DNA from: the human T2T-CHM13v2.0 reference genome, Homo sapiens
Length of the DNA stretch: 64,000 bases
Strand: one strand, 5' to 3'
NCBI RefSeq assembly: GCF_009914755.1
Contig: NC_060941.1
Part shown: positions 42,701-55,539 of the stretch, in pieces
How the letters are laid out: each line of letters starts with the position of its first letter
Numbering within the stretch: position 1 is the first letter of the stretch
The notes under the pieces: model-generated
What the model was told of the DNA's origin: nothing
Database searches by the model: none
The model's input: the letters and a program-made list of their open reading frames with translations, nothing else
Translations under genes and position numbers: made by a program

Positions 42701-45700
42701 GATTCAAAGGAAGTAGAATTGAATGGAATGGCAATGAAAGTAATGGATTCTCACGGAATGCACTCGAATTTAATAGAATTGAATGGAATGGCATCGAATG
42801 GAATGGAATGGAATGGAACGGAATGGACTGAAATGTAATGGACTTGAAAGGAAATGTCTCAAATAAAATGCACTGGAAAGGAATCGTCTCTAATGGAATT
42901 TATTCGAAAAGAATGGAATCAAATGGAATGCAATAGTATGGAATGGAATTGAATGGAAAGAAATCGAATGGAATGGACCAGAATGGAATTGACTGGAATA
43001 GAAAGGACTCGAATGTAATGGAATGCAATGTAATTGATTCGAGTGGAATGGAATGGAATCAAATGGAATGGAATAAAATGCAATGGAATGGAATAGAATG
43101 GAATGCAAAGGAATGGAACGGAGTGGAATCGAGTGGATTGGAATTGAATGGAATGGAATTGAATGGAATGGAATCAAATGGTATGGATTGGAATGGAATG
43201 GACTCGAATGGTTTGGAATGGAAAATAATGGAATCCAACGGATTGGAATCAAACGCAACAGAATAGAATGGAATGGAATGGAATGGAGTCAAATGGAATG
43301 GAATCAGAGGGAATGGAATCGAATGAAATCGAATTGAAAGGAACGGAAAGGAATAGAATGGAATGGAGTGTAATGGAAAGATATCAAATGGAGTGAAATG
43401 GAACTGAATGGACTCGAATAGAATGGACTGGAATGGAATGGACAAGAATGGAATGGACTTGAGTGGAATGGACTCAAATGGAATTGAATCGTATGGAAAG
43501 GAATGGAATGGAAAGGAATAGAATGGATTGGAATCGGATGAAATGGAAGGGAATGGAATGGAGTTGAATGGAATAGAATCAAATGGAATGGCACTGAATG
43601 GAATGGAATGGAATGGAATGTAGTAGAATGGAATGCAATGGAATGGACTCGAATGGAGTGGACTCAAGTGGAACAGAATCGAATGGAATGGCATCGCATG
43701 TAATGGAAAGGAGTAGAATGGAATGGAATGGAATGGAATGGAAACAAATGTAATAGACTCAAAAGGAATGGACTCAAATTGAATGGTGTCGAAAGGAATG
43801 GTCTCGAATGGAATTTATTCGAAAAGAGTGGAATCGAATGGAATGCAATAGTATGGAATGGAATCGAATGGAATGCAAAAGTATGGAATGGAATTAAATG
43901 GAATGGAATTGAATGGAATGGATTTGAATGGAATGGACTGGAATGGAATGGACTGGAATAGAATCTACCCGAATGTAACGAATTGCAATGTAATTGATAC
44001 AAAAGGAATGAAATCGAATTGAATGTAATCAAATGGAATGGAATGGAATGCAATGGACTGGAATAGAATGGAATGCAATGGAATGGAACGGAGTTGAATC
44101 AAGTGAAATGGAATCGAATGGAATTGAGTGGAATGGAATGGACTCGAATGGAATGGAGTGGAACAAAATGGAAAAGAACGGATTGGAATCAAACGGAATG
44201 AATGGAATTTAATGGACTTGAATGGAATGGAGTCGAATGGAATGGAACCGAATGGAATGGAATTGAATGGAATGGAATTGAATGGATTGGAAAGGAATAG
44301 AATTCAATGGAGAGTATTGGAAAGATATCGAATGGAATGGAATTGAATGGAATCGAAAGGAATAGAATTCAATGGAGAGTATTGGAAAGATATCGAATGG
44401 AATGGAATGGAATGGAATGGACTCGAAAGGAAAGGACTGGAATGGATTGGAACCAAATGGAATGGAATGGAATGGACTCGAAAGGAAAGGACTGGAATGG
44501 ATTGGACATGAATGGAATGGACGGGAATGGAATGGACTCGAAAGGAATGGAAACGAATTGAATGGAATGGAATGGAAAGGAATATAATTGAATGGAATTG
44601 AATGGAATGGAATCGAATGGAATGGATTCGAATGGAATAGAATCGAATGGAATGGCATCGAATGGAATGGAATCAAATAGAATGGTCTCGAATGGAATGG
44701 AATCCAATGGAATAGAATAGAATGGAATGGTTTCGAATGGAATGGAATGGAATGGATTGGATTGGAATGGATTGGAATGGAATGGATTGAATTGGAATGC
44801 ACCCAAATGTATTGGGCTCAATGGAATAGACTCAATAGAATGGATTCAAAAAGAATGGTATCGAATTATATTTATTCGAATAGAATGGAATCAAACGGAA
44901 TGCCACTGTAAGGAGTGGATTTGAATGGAATGGAATCGAATGGAATGCACTGAAATGGAATGGATTGGAATAGAATGAACAAGAATGAAATGGATTTCAA
45001 CGTAATTGATTTCAATGGAATGAAATTGAATGGAATATAATCAAATGGAATGGAATTGAATGCAATGGAATGGAATTAAATGGAATGCAATGGAATGGAA
45101 TGGATAGGAATCTAGTGGATTGGAATTGAACAGAATGGAATCGAATTGAATGGACTGGAATGGAATGGACTGGAATAGAACAGACTCGAATGTAATGGAT
45201 TGCAATATAATTGATTCGGATGGAATGGAATCAAATGGAATGTAATCAAATCAAATGGAACGGAATGCAGTGGAATGGAATAGAATGGAATGCAATGGAA
45301 TGGAACAGAACAGAGTGGAATTGACAGGAATGGAATCAAATGGAATGGAATCGAACAGAATGGAATCGAATGGAAAGGACAGGAATGGAATGGACTCGAA
45401 TGGATTGGATTGGAACAAAACGGAATTGAACGGACTGGAATCGAACAGAATGGAATGGAATGGACTCGAATGGAATGGAGTCGAATGGAATGGAACCGAA
45501 TGGAATGGAATTGAATGGAATAGAAAGGAATAGAATGGAATGGAATGGAGTGTAATGGAAATATATCAAATGGAATGGACTGGAATGGAATGGACTCGAA
45601 TGGAATGGACTGGAATAAAATGCAATAGAATGGATTGGAATCGAACGGAACACAATGGAATGGAATGGAAAGGAATGCAATGCAACGGACTCGAAAAGAA

Positions 45701-47699
45701 TGTAATGTAATGTAATGGAATGGAATGGAAAGCAATGGACTCGAAAGGAATGGAGTCGAATGGAATGGAATCGAATGGAATGCAATCGAATAGAATGGAA
45801 TTGGACCGAATCGAAAGAAATAGAATGGAATGGATTGCTATGGAAAGATATTGAATGGAATGGTTTGGAATTGAATGGACTCGAATGGAATGGACTCCAA
45901 TGGAATGGACTGGAGTGGAATGGACTTGAATGGAATGGAAACGAATGCAATGGAATGGAATGGAAACAATAGAATGGAATGGAATCGGATGGAATGCAAT
46001 GGAATGGAATGGAGTCGAGTGGAATAGAATCGAATGGAATGGCATCGAATGGAATGTAATTCAATGGAATGGACTCGAAAGGAATGGAAACGAATTGAAT
46101 GGAATGAAATGGAAAGAATAGAATGGAATGGAATCAGATGGAATGGAATGGAATGGAGTCGAATGGAATAGAATCGAGTGGAATGGCATCAAAAGGAATG
46201 GAATGGAATGGAACGTACCCAAATGTAATGGATTCGAAAGTAATGGACTCAAACAGAATGGACTCGAAAGGAATGGTCTCGAATGGAATTTATTCAAATA
46301 GAATGAATTTGAATGGAAAGAAATTGTATGCTATGGAATTGAACGGAAAGGAATCGAAAGGAATGGACTGGAAGGGAATGCACTGGAATAGAATGGACTC
46401 AAATATAATGGATAGCAATGTAATTGATTCGAATGGAATGGAATCGAATGGAATGGAATCAAATGGAATGGAATGGATTGCAATGGAATGGAATAGAATG
46501 GAATGCAATGGAATGGAATGTAGTGGAATCGAGTGGAATATAATCGAATGGAATGGAATCAAATGGAATGGAATCAAATGAAATGGACTGGAATGGAATG
46601 AACACGAATGGAATGGAATGGAACAAAATGGAATTCAATGCATGGGATACAAACTGAATGGAATGGAATGGAAAGGAATGGAATGGAATGGATTCGAATT
46701 GAATGGATTCGAATGGAATGGAATCCAATGGATTGGAATTGAATAGAATGGAATTGAATGGAATCGAAATAAATAAAATGGAATGGAGTGTAAAGGAAAG
46801 ATATCGAATGTAATGGGATGGAAAGGAATGTACTCGAATGGAATGGACTGGAATGGAATGGACTCGAATGGCATGGACTGGAGAGGAATGGACTCAAATG
46901 GAATGGAAACGAAAGGAATGGAATAGAATGCAATAGTATGGAAAGGAATAGAATGGAATGGAATAGGATGGAAAGGAATAGAATGGAATGGAGTTGAATG
47001 GAATACAATCGATTGGAATGGCATCAAATGTAATGAAATGGAATGGAATAGACTTGAATGCAATGGAAACGAATTCAATGGAATGGAATGGAATGGAAAG
47101 AAATGGAAAGGAAAGGAAAGAATAGAATAGAATGGAATGGAATCGGATGGAATTGAATGGAATGGTATAGAATTGACTCGAATGGAATGGACTCGAATAT
47201 AATAGAATCAAATGGAATGGAATGGAATGCAATGGACTGGAAAAGAATGGAATCGAATGTAATTGATTGCAATGTAATTGATTCTAATGGAATGGAATCG
47301 AATGGATTGTATCCAAATGGAATGGAATGGAATGCAATAGAATGGAACGGAGTGGAATAGAGTGGAATGGAATCGAATGGAATGGACTGGAATGTAATGG
47401 ACTGGAATAGAATGGACTCGAATATAATGGATTGTAAACTAATAGATTCGGATGGATTGGAATCGAAGGAATGTAATCAAATGTACTGGAATGGAATGCA
47501 ATGGAATGGAATAGAATGGAATGCAATGAAATTGAATAGAATGGAACGCAATGGAATGGAAAGGAGTGGAATCGAATGGAATGGAATTGAGTGGAATGGA
47601 ATCGATTGTACTGGAATCGAATGGAATGGAAACGAATGGAATCGACTGGAATGTAATGGACTTAAAGGGAATGGACTGGAACAAAATGGAATCGAACGG

Positions 47700-50600
47700 A
47701 TTGGAATCGAATGGAATGGAACGGAATCAATTGGCATGGAATGGACTCGAATGGAATGTAGTTGAATGGAATGGATCCGAATGGATGGAATTGAATTGAA
47801 TCAAAAGGAATAGAATGGAATGGAGTGTAAAGGAAAGATACCGAATGGAATGGAATGGTACGGAATGGACTCGAATGGAACGGACTGGAATGGAATGGAC
47901 TCCAATGGAATGGACTCGAGTGGAATGCACACGAATGGAATGGAAACGAATGGAATGGAATTGAAAGGAATGCAATGGAATGGAGAGGAATAGAATGAAA
48001 TGGAATCTGAGGGAACGGAATGGAATAGAATGGAGTCGAATGGAATAGAATCAAATGGAACTGCATCGAATGGAATGGAATGTACTCGAATGGAATGGAA
48101 ACAAATGGAAAGGAATGGAAAGGAATTGAATGGAATGGAATTGGATGGAAGGGAACTGAATGTAATGGAGTCAAATGGAATAGAATCGAAGGGAATGGCA
48201 TCGAATGGAATGGAAAGGAATGGAATGGAATGGAATCGAATGGAATGAAGTCAAATGGAATAGAATAGAATGGAATGGCATTGAAAGAAATGGAATGGAT
48301 TGGAGTGGAATGGACCCAAATGTAATGGACTCCCATGGAATGGACTCAAATAGAATGAACTGGAATTGAATGGTCTCTACAGGAATTTATTAGAATATAA
48401 TGGAAACGAAAGGAATGCAATTGTATGAAAAGGACTCGAATGGAATGGAATCAAATGAAATGGAACGGAATGGAATGAACTGGAATAGATTGAACTCAAA
48501 TGTAATGGATTTGAATGGAATGGAATTGAATGGAATGGAATATAATGCAATAGAATGGAATTGAATGGAACGGAACGGAATGGAATGGAGTGGAATAGAG
48601 TGGAATGGAATCGAATCGAATGGAATCGAACGGAATGGAATCGAATGAAATGGACTGGAATGGATTGGACTCGAATGGAATGGACTTGAAAAAATTGGAA
48701 TCGAACGGATTGGAATAGAACGGAATGGAATGGACTCAAATGGAATGGAGTTGAATGGAATGGAACCGAATGGAAGGAAATCAAATGGAGTGGAATTGAA
48801 TAGAATCGAAAGTAATTGATTGGAATGGAGTGTAATGAAACATATCGAATGGAATGGAATGAAATGGAATGGACTCAAACGCAATGGACTGAAATGGAAT
48901 GGTCTTGAATGCAATGGATTAGTGGGTAATGGACACGAATGTAATGGAAATGAATGGAATGGATTGGAATGGAATGGAATGCAATGGAATGGAATGGAAT
49001 AGAATGGAATGGAATAGGATGGAATGTAATGCAATGGAATGGTGTTCAATGGAATAGAATCAAATGGATTGCCATCGAATTGAATGGATTGGAATAGAAT
49101 AGAATGAAACGAATGGACTCGAATGGAATGGACTCGAATGTAATAGAATCAAATGGAATGGACTCGAATGGAATGGACTGCAATGGAATGGACTCAAATG
49201 GAATAGAGAAGAGAGGAATGGACTCGAATGGAATGAAAACGAATGGAATGGAAAGGAATAAAATTGAAAGGAATAGAATGGAATGGAAGCAGATGGACTG
49301 GAATGGAATGGACTGCAGTCGAATGGAATAGTATCGAATGGAATGACATCAAATAGAATGGAATGAAATTTAATGTAATGGAATCGAATGGAATAGAATC
49401 CAATGTAATGGCTTCGAATGGAATGGACCCAAATGTAATGGACTCTAATGAAATGGAGTCAAATGGGATGGACTCAAAAGGAATGGACTGAAATGAAATT
49501 CATTCGGATAGAATTGAATTGAATGGAATGCAATAGTATGGAATGCAATCGAATGGAATGGACCGGAACCGAATGGACTGGAATAGAATGGATTCGAATG
49601 TAATGGATTGCAATGTAATAGATTCGAATGGATTGGAATCAAATGGAATGTAATCAATTGTAATGGAATGGAATGCAATCAAATGGAATAGAATGGAATG
49701 CAATGGAATGGAACGGAGTGGAATTGAGTGGAATGGAATTGATTGGAATGGAATCGAACAGAATGGAATCGAATGGAATCGACTGGAATGTAATGGACTC
49801 GAATGGAAGGGACTGGAACAAAATGGAATCGAACGGAATGGAATCGAGTGGAACACAATGGAATCGAATGGAATGGAATGGACTCAAATGGAATGCAGTC
49901 GAATGGAAAGGATCTGAATGGATGAAATTTAATGAAATCAAAAGGATAGAATGCAATGGATTGTAATGGAATTATATTGAATAGAATGGAGTAAAAGGGA
50001 ATGGACTCGAATGGAACGGAGTGGAATGAAATGGACGCGAATGGAATGGACTGGAGCGGAATGGACATGAATGGAATGGAAAAGAATGGAATGGAATAGA
50101 AAGGAATGCAATGGAATGGAGCGGAATAGAATAAAATGGAATCGGAGGGAATAGAATGGAATGGAATGGAGACGAATGGAATAGAATTGAATAGAATTGC
50201 ATTGACTGGAATGGAATGGAATGGAATGGACCCGAATGGAAAGGAAACGAATGTAATGTAATGGAATGGAATGGAAAGGAATTGAATGGAATGTAATTGG
50301 ATGGAAGGGAACTGAATGGATGGAGTCAAATGGAATAGCATCGAATGGAATGGCATCGAATGGATTGGAATGTAATGGAATGAAATGGAATCAAATGGAA
50401 TGGAATCGAATGGAACAGAATAGAAAGGAATGGCATCAAATGGAATGGAATGGATTGGAATGGAATGGACCCAAATGTAATGGACTCTCTGGCATGGACT
50501 CAAATAGAATGGACTCGAATGGAATGCTCTCCAATGGAATTTATTCGAATGGAATGGAATCGAAAGGAATACAAGAGTATGGAATGTAATTGAATGGAAT

Positions 50601-52700
50601 GGAATCAAATAGAATGGAGGGGAATGGAATGGACTGGAATAGATCGGACTCAAATGTAATGCATTGCAATGTAATTGATGTGAATGGAATGGATTCGAAT
50701 GGAATGTAATCAAATGGAATGGAATAGAATGCAATGGAATGGAATAGAATGGAATGCAACGGAATGGAACGGAGTGGAATCGAGTTTAATGGAATCGAAT
50801 GCAATGGAATTGAATGGAATGGACTGGAACAAAATGGAATCGAACGGATTGGAATTGAACGGAATGGAATGGACTCGAATGGAATGGATACGAATGGAAT
50901 GGAACCTAATGGAATGGAATTGAATAGAATCGAAAGGAATAGAATGGAATGGAGTGAAATGAAACATATGGAATGGAATGGAATGGAAAGGAATGGAATT
51001 TAAAGGACTCGAATGGAACGGACTGGAATGGAATGGACTCGAATGGAATGGACTAGTGGGGAATGGACACGAATGGAATGGAAAAGAATGGAATGGAATA
51101 GAATGGAATGGAATGGAAAGGAATAGAATGGAATGGAACAGGAATAAACGTAAAGTAATGGAATGGTGTTCAATGGAATAGAATCAAATGGAATGCCATC
51201 GAATTGAATGGATTGGAATAGAATGGAATGGAAAGGAATGGATTTGAATGGAATGGACTCAAATGGAATAGAATCAAATGGAAAGGACTCGAATGGAATG
51301 GAGAGGAATGGAATGGACTCGAATGGAATGGAATGGAGTAGAATGGACACGAATTGACTGGAAACGAATGGAATGGAACGGAATGGAATGGAAAGGAATA
51401 GAATGGAATGGAAGCAGATGGAATGGAATGGGATGGAATGCACTCGAAAGGAATGGAATCGAATGGAATGACATCCAAAAGAATGGAATGGAATTTAATG
51501 TAATGGACACGAACGGAATAGAATCTAATGGAATGGCATCGATTGGAATGGAATGGACCCAAATGTAATGGACTCTAATGGAATGGACTCAAATAGAATT
51601 GACTCAAAGGAATGGTGTCGAATGGAAATTATTCGAATAGAATGGAATTGAGCGGAATGCAATAGTATGGAATGGAATAGAATGGAATGGACCAGAATGG
51701 TATAGACTGGAATAGAACAGACTGGAATGTAATGGATTGCAATGTAATAGATTCGAATAGATTGGAATCAAATGGAATGTAATCAAATGTAATATAATGG
51801 AATGCAATTGAATAGAATAGAATGGAATGCAGTGGAATGGAATAGAGTAGAATGCAAAGGAATGGAATGGAGTGGAATCGAATGGAATTGAATTGAGTGG
51901 AATGGAATTGATTGGAATGGAATCGAATGGAATGGAAACGAATGTAATCGACTGGAATGTATTGGATTCGAATGGAATGGACTGGAACAAAATGGAATCG
52001 AACGGAATGGAATCGAATGGAACGGAACAGAATCGAATTGAATGGAACTGACGCGAATGGAATGCAGTTGAATGGAATGGATCCGAATGGATGGAATTGA
52101 ATGGAATCAAAGGGAATACAATGCAATAGAGTGTAATGGAAAGATATCTAATGGAATGGAATGGACTCGAATGGAATGGACTGGAATGGAATGCACTCGA
52201 ATGGAATGGAGTGGAGTGGAATGGACTCGAATGGAATGGAAACTAATAGAATGGAATGGAAAGGAATGTAATGGAATGGAGATGAACAGAATGAAAAGGA
52301 ATTGGAGGGAACAGAACGCAATGGAATGGAGTCGAAAGGAATAGAATCGAATGGAATTGCATCGAATGGAATGGAATGGAATGGACTCGAATGGAATGGA
52401 AACGAATGGAAAGGAATGGAAAGGAATTGAATGGAATGTAGTCAGAAGGAAAGGAACTGAAAGGAATGGAGTCAAATGGAATAGAATCGAAAGGAATGGC
52501 ATCGAATGGAATGGAATGGACTCAAATGGAATACAATAGAATGGAATGGCATTGAATGGAATGGAATGGATTTGAATGGAATTGAACCAAATATAATGGA
52601 CTCGTATGGAATGGACTCAAATAGAATAGACTGGAATGGAATGGTATCGAGTGGAAGTTATTCAAATAGAACGAAACCAAAATGAATTCAATAGTACGAC
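47700..52700 (+). repeat. Local ~2.13 kb dimeric higher-order tandem repeat (~2.3+ copies)
   Basis: Rare variants recur at 2.12-2.17 kb spacing: GGATC(C/T)GAATGGATG at 47773/49910/52079; GAAACATAT at 48837/50961; TAGTGGG at 48920/51054; GGTGTTCAATGG at 49041/51165; GGAAGCAGATGG at 49285/51410. Confidence 0.85.
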
Positions 52701-55329
52701 ATGGAATCGAAAGTAATGGAATGGAATGGAATGGACCGGAATGGAAGGGACTGGAATAGATCGGACTCAAATTTAATGGATTGCAATGTAATAGATTTGA
52801 AAGGAATGGAATCTAATGGAATATAATCAAATGGAATGGAATGGAATGAAATGGAAAATAATAAAATGAAATGCAATGGAATGGAAAGGAGTAGAATCAA
52901 CAGGAATGGAATAGAATCGAATGGAGTGGAATGGAATGGACTCGAATGGAATGGACTGGAATGGAATGGACACAAATGTAATCGACTGGAACAAAATTGA
53001 TTCGAACGGACTGGAATTGAATGGAACGGAATGGAATGGAATGGAAGAGAATGGACTCGAATGAAATGGAGTAGAAAGGAATGGAACTAAATGGAGTGGA
53101 ATAAAATGGAATCGAAAGGAATAGAATGGAATGGATTGTCATGGAAAGATAGCAAATCGTATGGAATGGAATGGACTCGAATGGAATGGAGTGGAATGGA
53201 GTGGACTTGAATGAAATCGACTGAAGTGGAATGGACACGAATGAAATGAAAACGAAGGTAAATGGAATGGAAAGGAACAGAATTGAATAGAATTTGATGG
53301 AACGGAATTGAATAGAAGGGAGTCGAATGGAATAGAATCGAATGGAATGGCATCGAAGGGAATGGAATGGAAAGAATGGAAGGGAATAGAATGGAATGGA
53401 GTCGATTTGAATAGAATAGGATGGAATAGCATCGAATGGAATTGAATGGAATGAAATGGAATGCAATGGAATGGACCCAAATGTAATGGACTTGAATGGA
53501 ATGGACTTAAATAGAATTGACTTGAAAGGAATGGTCTCGAAAGGAATTTATTGGGATAGAATGGAATTGAATGGAATACAATTGTATGCAATGGAATCGA
53601 ATGGGATGGAATCGAATGGAATAGACAAGAATGGAATCGACAGGAATAGAATGAACTCGAATGTAATGGATTGAAAAGTAATTGATTCAAAAGGAATGGA
53701 ATTGAATGTAATGTAATCAAATGTAATGGAATGGAAAGCAATGGAATGGAATAGAATGGAATGCAATGGAATGAAATGGAGGGGAAAAGAGTGGAATGGA
53801 ATGGAATTGAATGGAATGGAATAGAATGGAATGGACTCGAATGGAATGGACGGGAAAAAATGGAATCGAACAGATTCAATTCAAACAGAACGGCATCGAA
53901 TGGAATGGAATCGAATTGAATGAAATAGAATGGAATGGAGTGGAATGGAATGGACTCGAATGGAATGGACTGGAAAAAAATGGAATCAAACAGATTTAAT
54001 TCGAACAGAACAGAATGGAATGGAATGCAGTGGAAAGGAATGGAATAGACTCGATAGGAATGGAGTCGAATGGAATGGAATTGAAAGATATGGTATTGAT
54101 TAGAATCGAAAGGAATAGAATGGAATGGAGTGTAATGGAAAGATATCGAATAGAATGGAATGGAAGGGAATGGATTCGAATGGAATGGACTGGAATGGAA
54201 TCGACTGGAATGGAATGGAATCAAATGGAACGGAATTGAATAGAATCGGTCGGAATAGAATGTAATGGAGTGTAATGGAAAGATATTGATTGGAATGGAA
54301 TGGAATGGAATGGAAAGAAAGGAATAGAAGGCAAAGGAATCGGATGGAATGGAATGGAGTCGAATGGAATAGATTCGAATGGAATGGCATCAAAAGGAAT
54401 CGAATGGAATGGACTTGAAAGGAAAGTATTCGAATGGAATACAATGGAATAGAATGGCTACGAATGGAATGGAATGGACGCAAATATAATGGACTCGAAT
54501 GTAATCGACTCAAATAGAATGGACTCGAAAGGAATGGTCTCGAATGGAATTTAGTCGAATAGAATGGAATCGAACAGAATGAAATATTATGGAATGAATT
54601 GAATGGAATGGAACGGATTGGAATGGACTGAAATAGAACGGACTCAAATATAATGGATTGTAATGTAATTGATTGGAATGGAATGGAAATGAATGCAACG
54701 TAATCAAATGGAATGGAATGGAATACGATGGAATAGAAAAGAATGGAATGTAGTGGAAAGGAATGGAGTGGAATCCAGTGGAATGGAATAGAATGGAATG
54801 GAATAGAATGGAATGGATTGGAATGGAATGGAATCAACGTGAGTGGAATGGAATGGAATGGAATGGGATGGAATGGAATGGAATGGAATCAACCCGAGTG
54901 GAATGGAATGGAATGGATTGGAATGGAACGGAATGCAATGGAAGGGAATCAACCCGAGTGGAATGGAATGGAACGCACTGGAATGGAATGGAATGGAATT
55001 CAATGGGATAGAATCAAACCGAGTGGAATGGAATGGAATGCAATGAAATCGAATGGAATCAACCCGAGTGCAATGGCATGGAATGGAATGGAATTGATTG
55101 GAATGGAATCAAACTGAGTGGAAGGGAATGGAAGGGAATGGAAGGGAGTGGGATGGAATCAAGACGAGTGGAATGGAATGGAATGAAATGGAAAGGAATG
55201 GAATGGAATGGAGTGGAATGGAAGCAACTGGAATAGAATGGAATGGAATGGATTGGAATGGAATGGAGTCAACTCGGGTGGAGTGGAGTGGAATGGAATG
55301 GAATAGAATGGAATCAACCCGAATGGAAA

Positions 55330-55389
55330 GTAATGTAATGTAATGTAATGTAATGTAATGTAATGTAATGTAATGTAATGTAATGTAAT
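55330..55389 (+). repeat. Perfect (GTAAT)12 microsatellite within HSat3
   Basis: 12 uninterrupted GTAAT units, counted directly. Confidence 0.95.
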
Positions 55390-55539
55390 GAAATGGGTTG
55401 GAATCAACCCTAGGGGAACGGAATGAAATGGAATGGAACAGATTGGAATGGAATGGAATGCAATGGAATGGAATGGAATGGAATCAACTCGAGTGGAATG
55501 GAATGGAATGTAATGGAATGCAATGCAATGGAAAGGAAA

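Larger units (their letters stand above)
700..54780 (+). repeat. Degenerate ~0.9-1.0 kb higher-order repeat unit (~50 copies)
   Basis: The block GGACCCAAATGTAATGGACTC...AAAGGAATGGTCTCGAATGGAATTTATTCGAATAGAAT...GCAATAGTATGG...GGATTGCAATGTAATTGATTCG recurs at ~740, 1794, 2704, 3712, 5258, 6233, 7109, 10926, 12224, 14511, 15437, 16506, 17912, 18800, 19655, 20564, 21497, 23257, 24080 ... 41032, 42015, 42886, 43800, 44857, 46276, 48372, 49487, 50527, 51614, 52642, 53532, 54536. Confidence 0.88.
29111..54830 (+). repeat. Human Satellite 3 array, HSat3A-like, continuation right of the L1 insertion
   Basis: Same motif vocabulary and same ~0.9-1 kb landmark block as 1-28718. The last landmark is at ~54536 and the last GGACTC at ~54640. 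Confidence 0.95.

Noticed and set aside
700-54780. Regularly spaced conserved block with variable intervals, superficially CRISPR-like
   Set aside because: The intervals are ~0.7 kb of the same satellite rather than unique spacers. There are no cas genes and the context is primate heterochromatin.
1-54830. Assignment to HSat2 or to the homogeneous DYZ1 3.6 kb array
   Set aside because: It lacks the GAATCATC/GATGAT-rich HSat2 vocabulary, and I see no high-identity 3.6 kb period. Only motif-level relatedness to HSat3A is supported.
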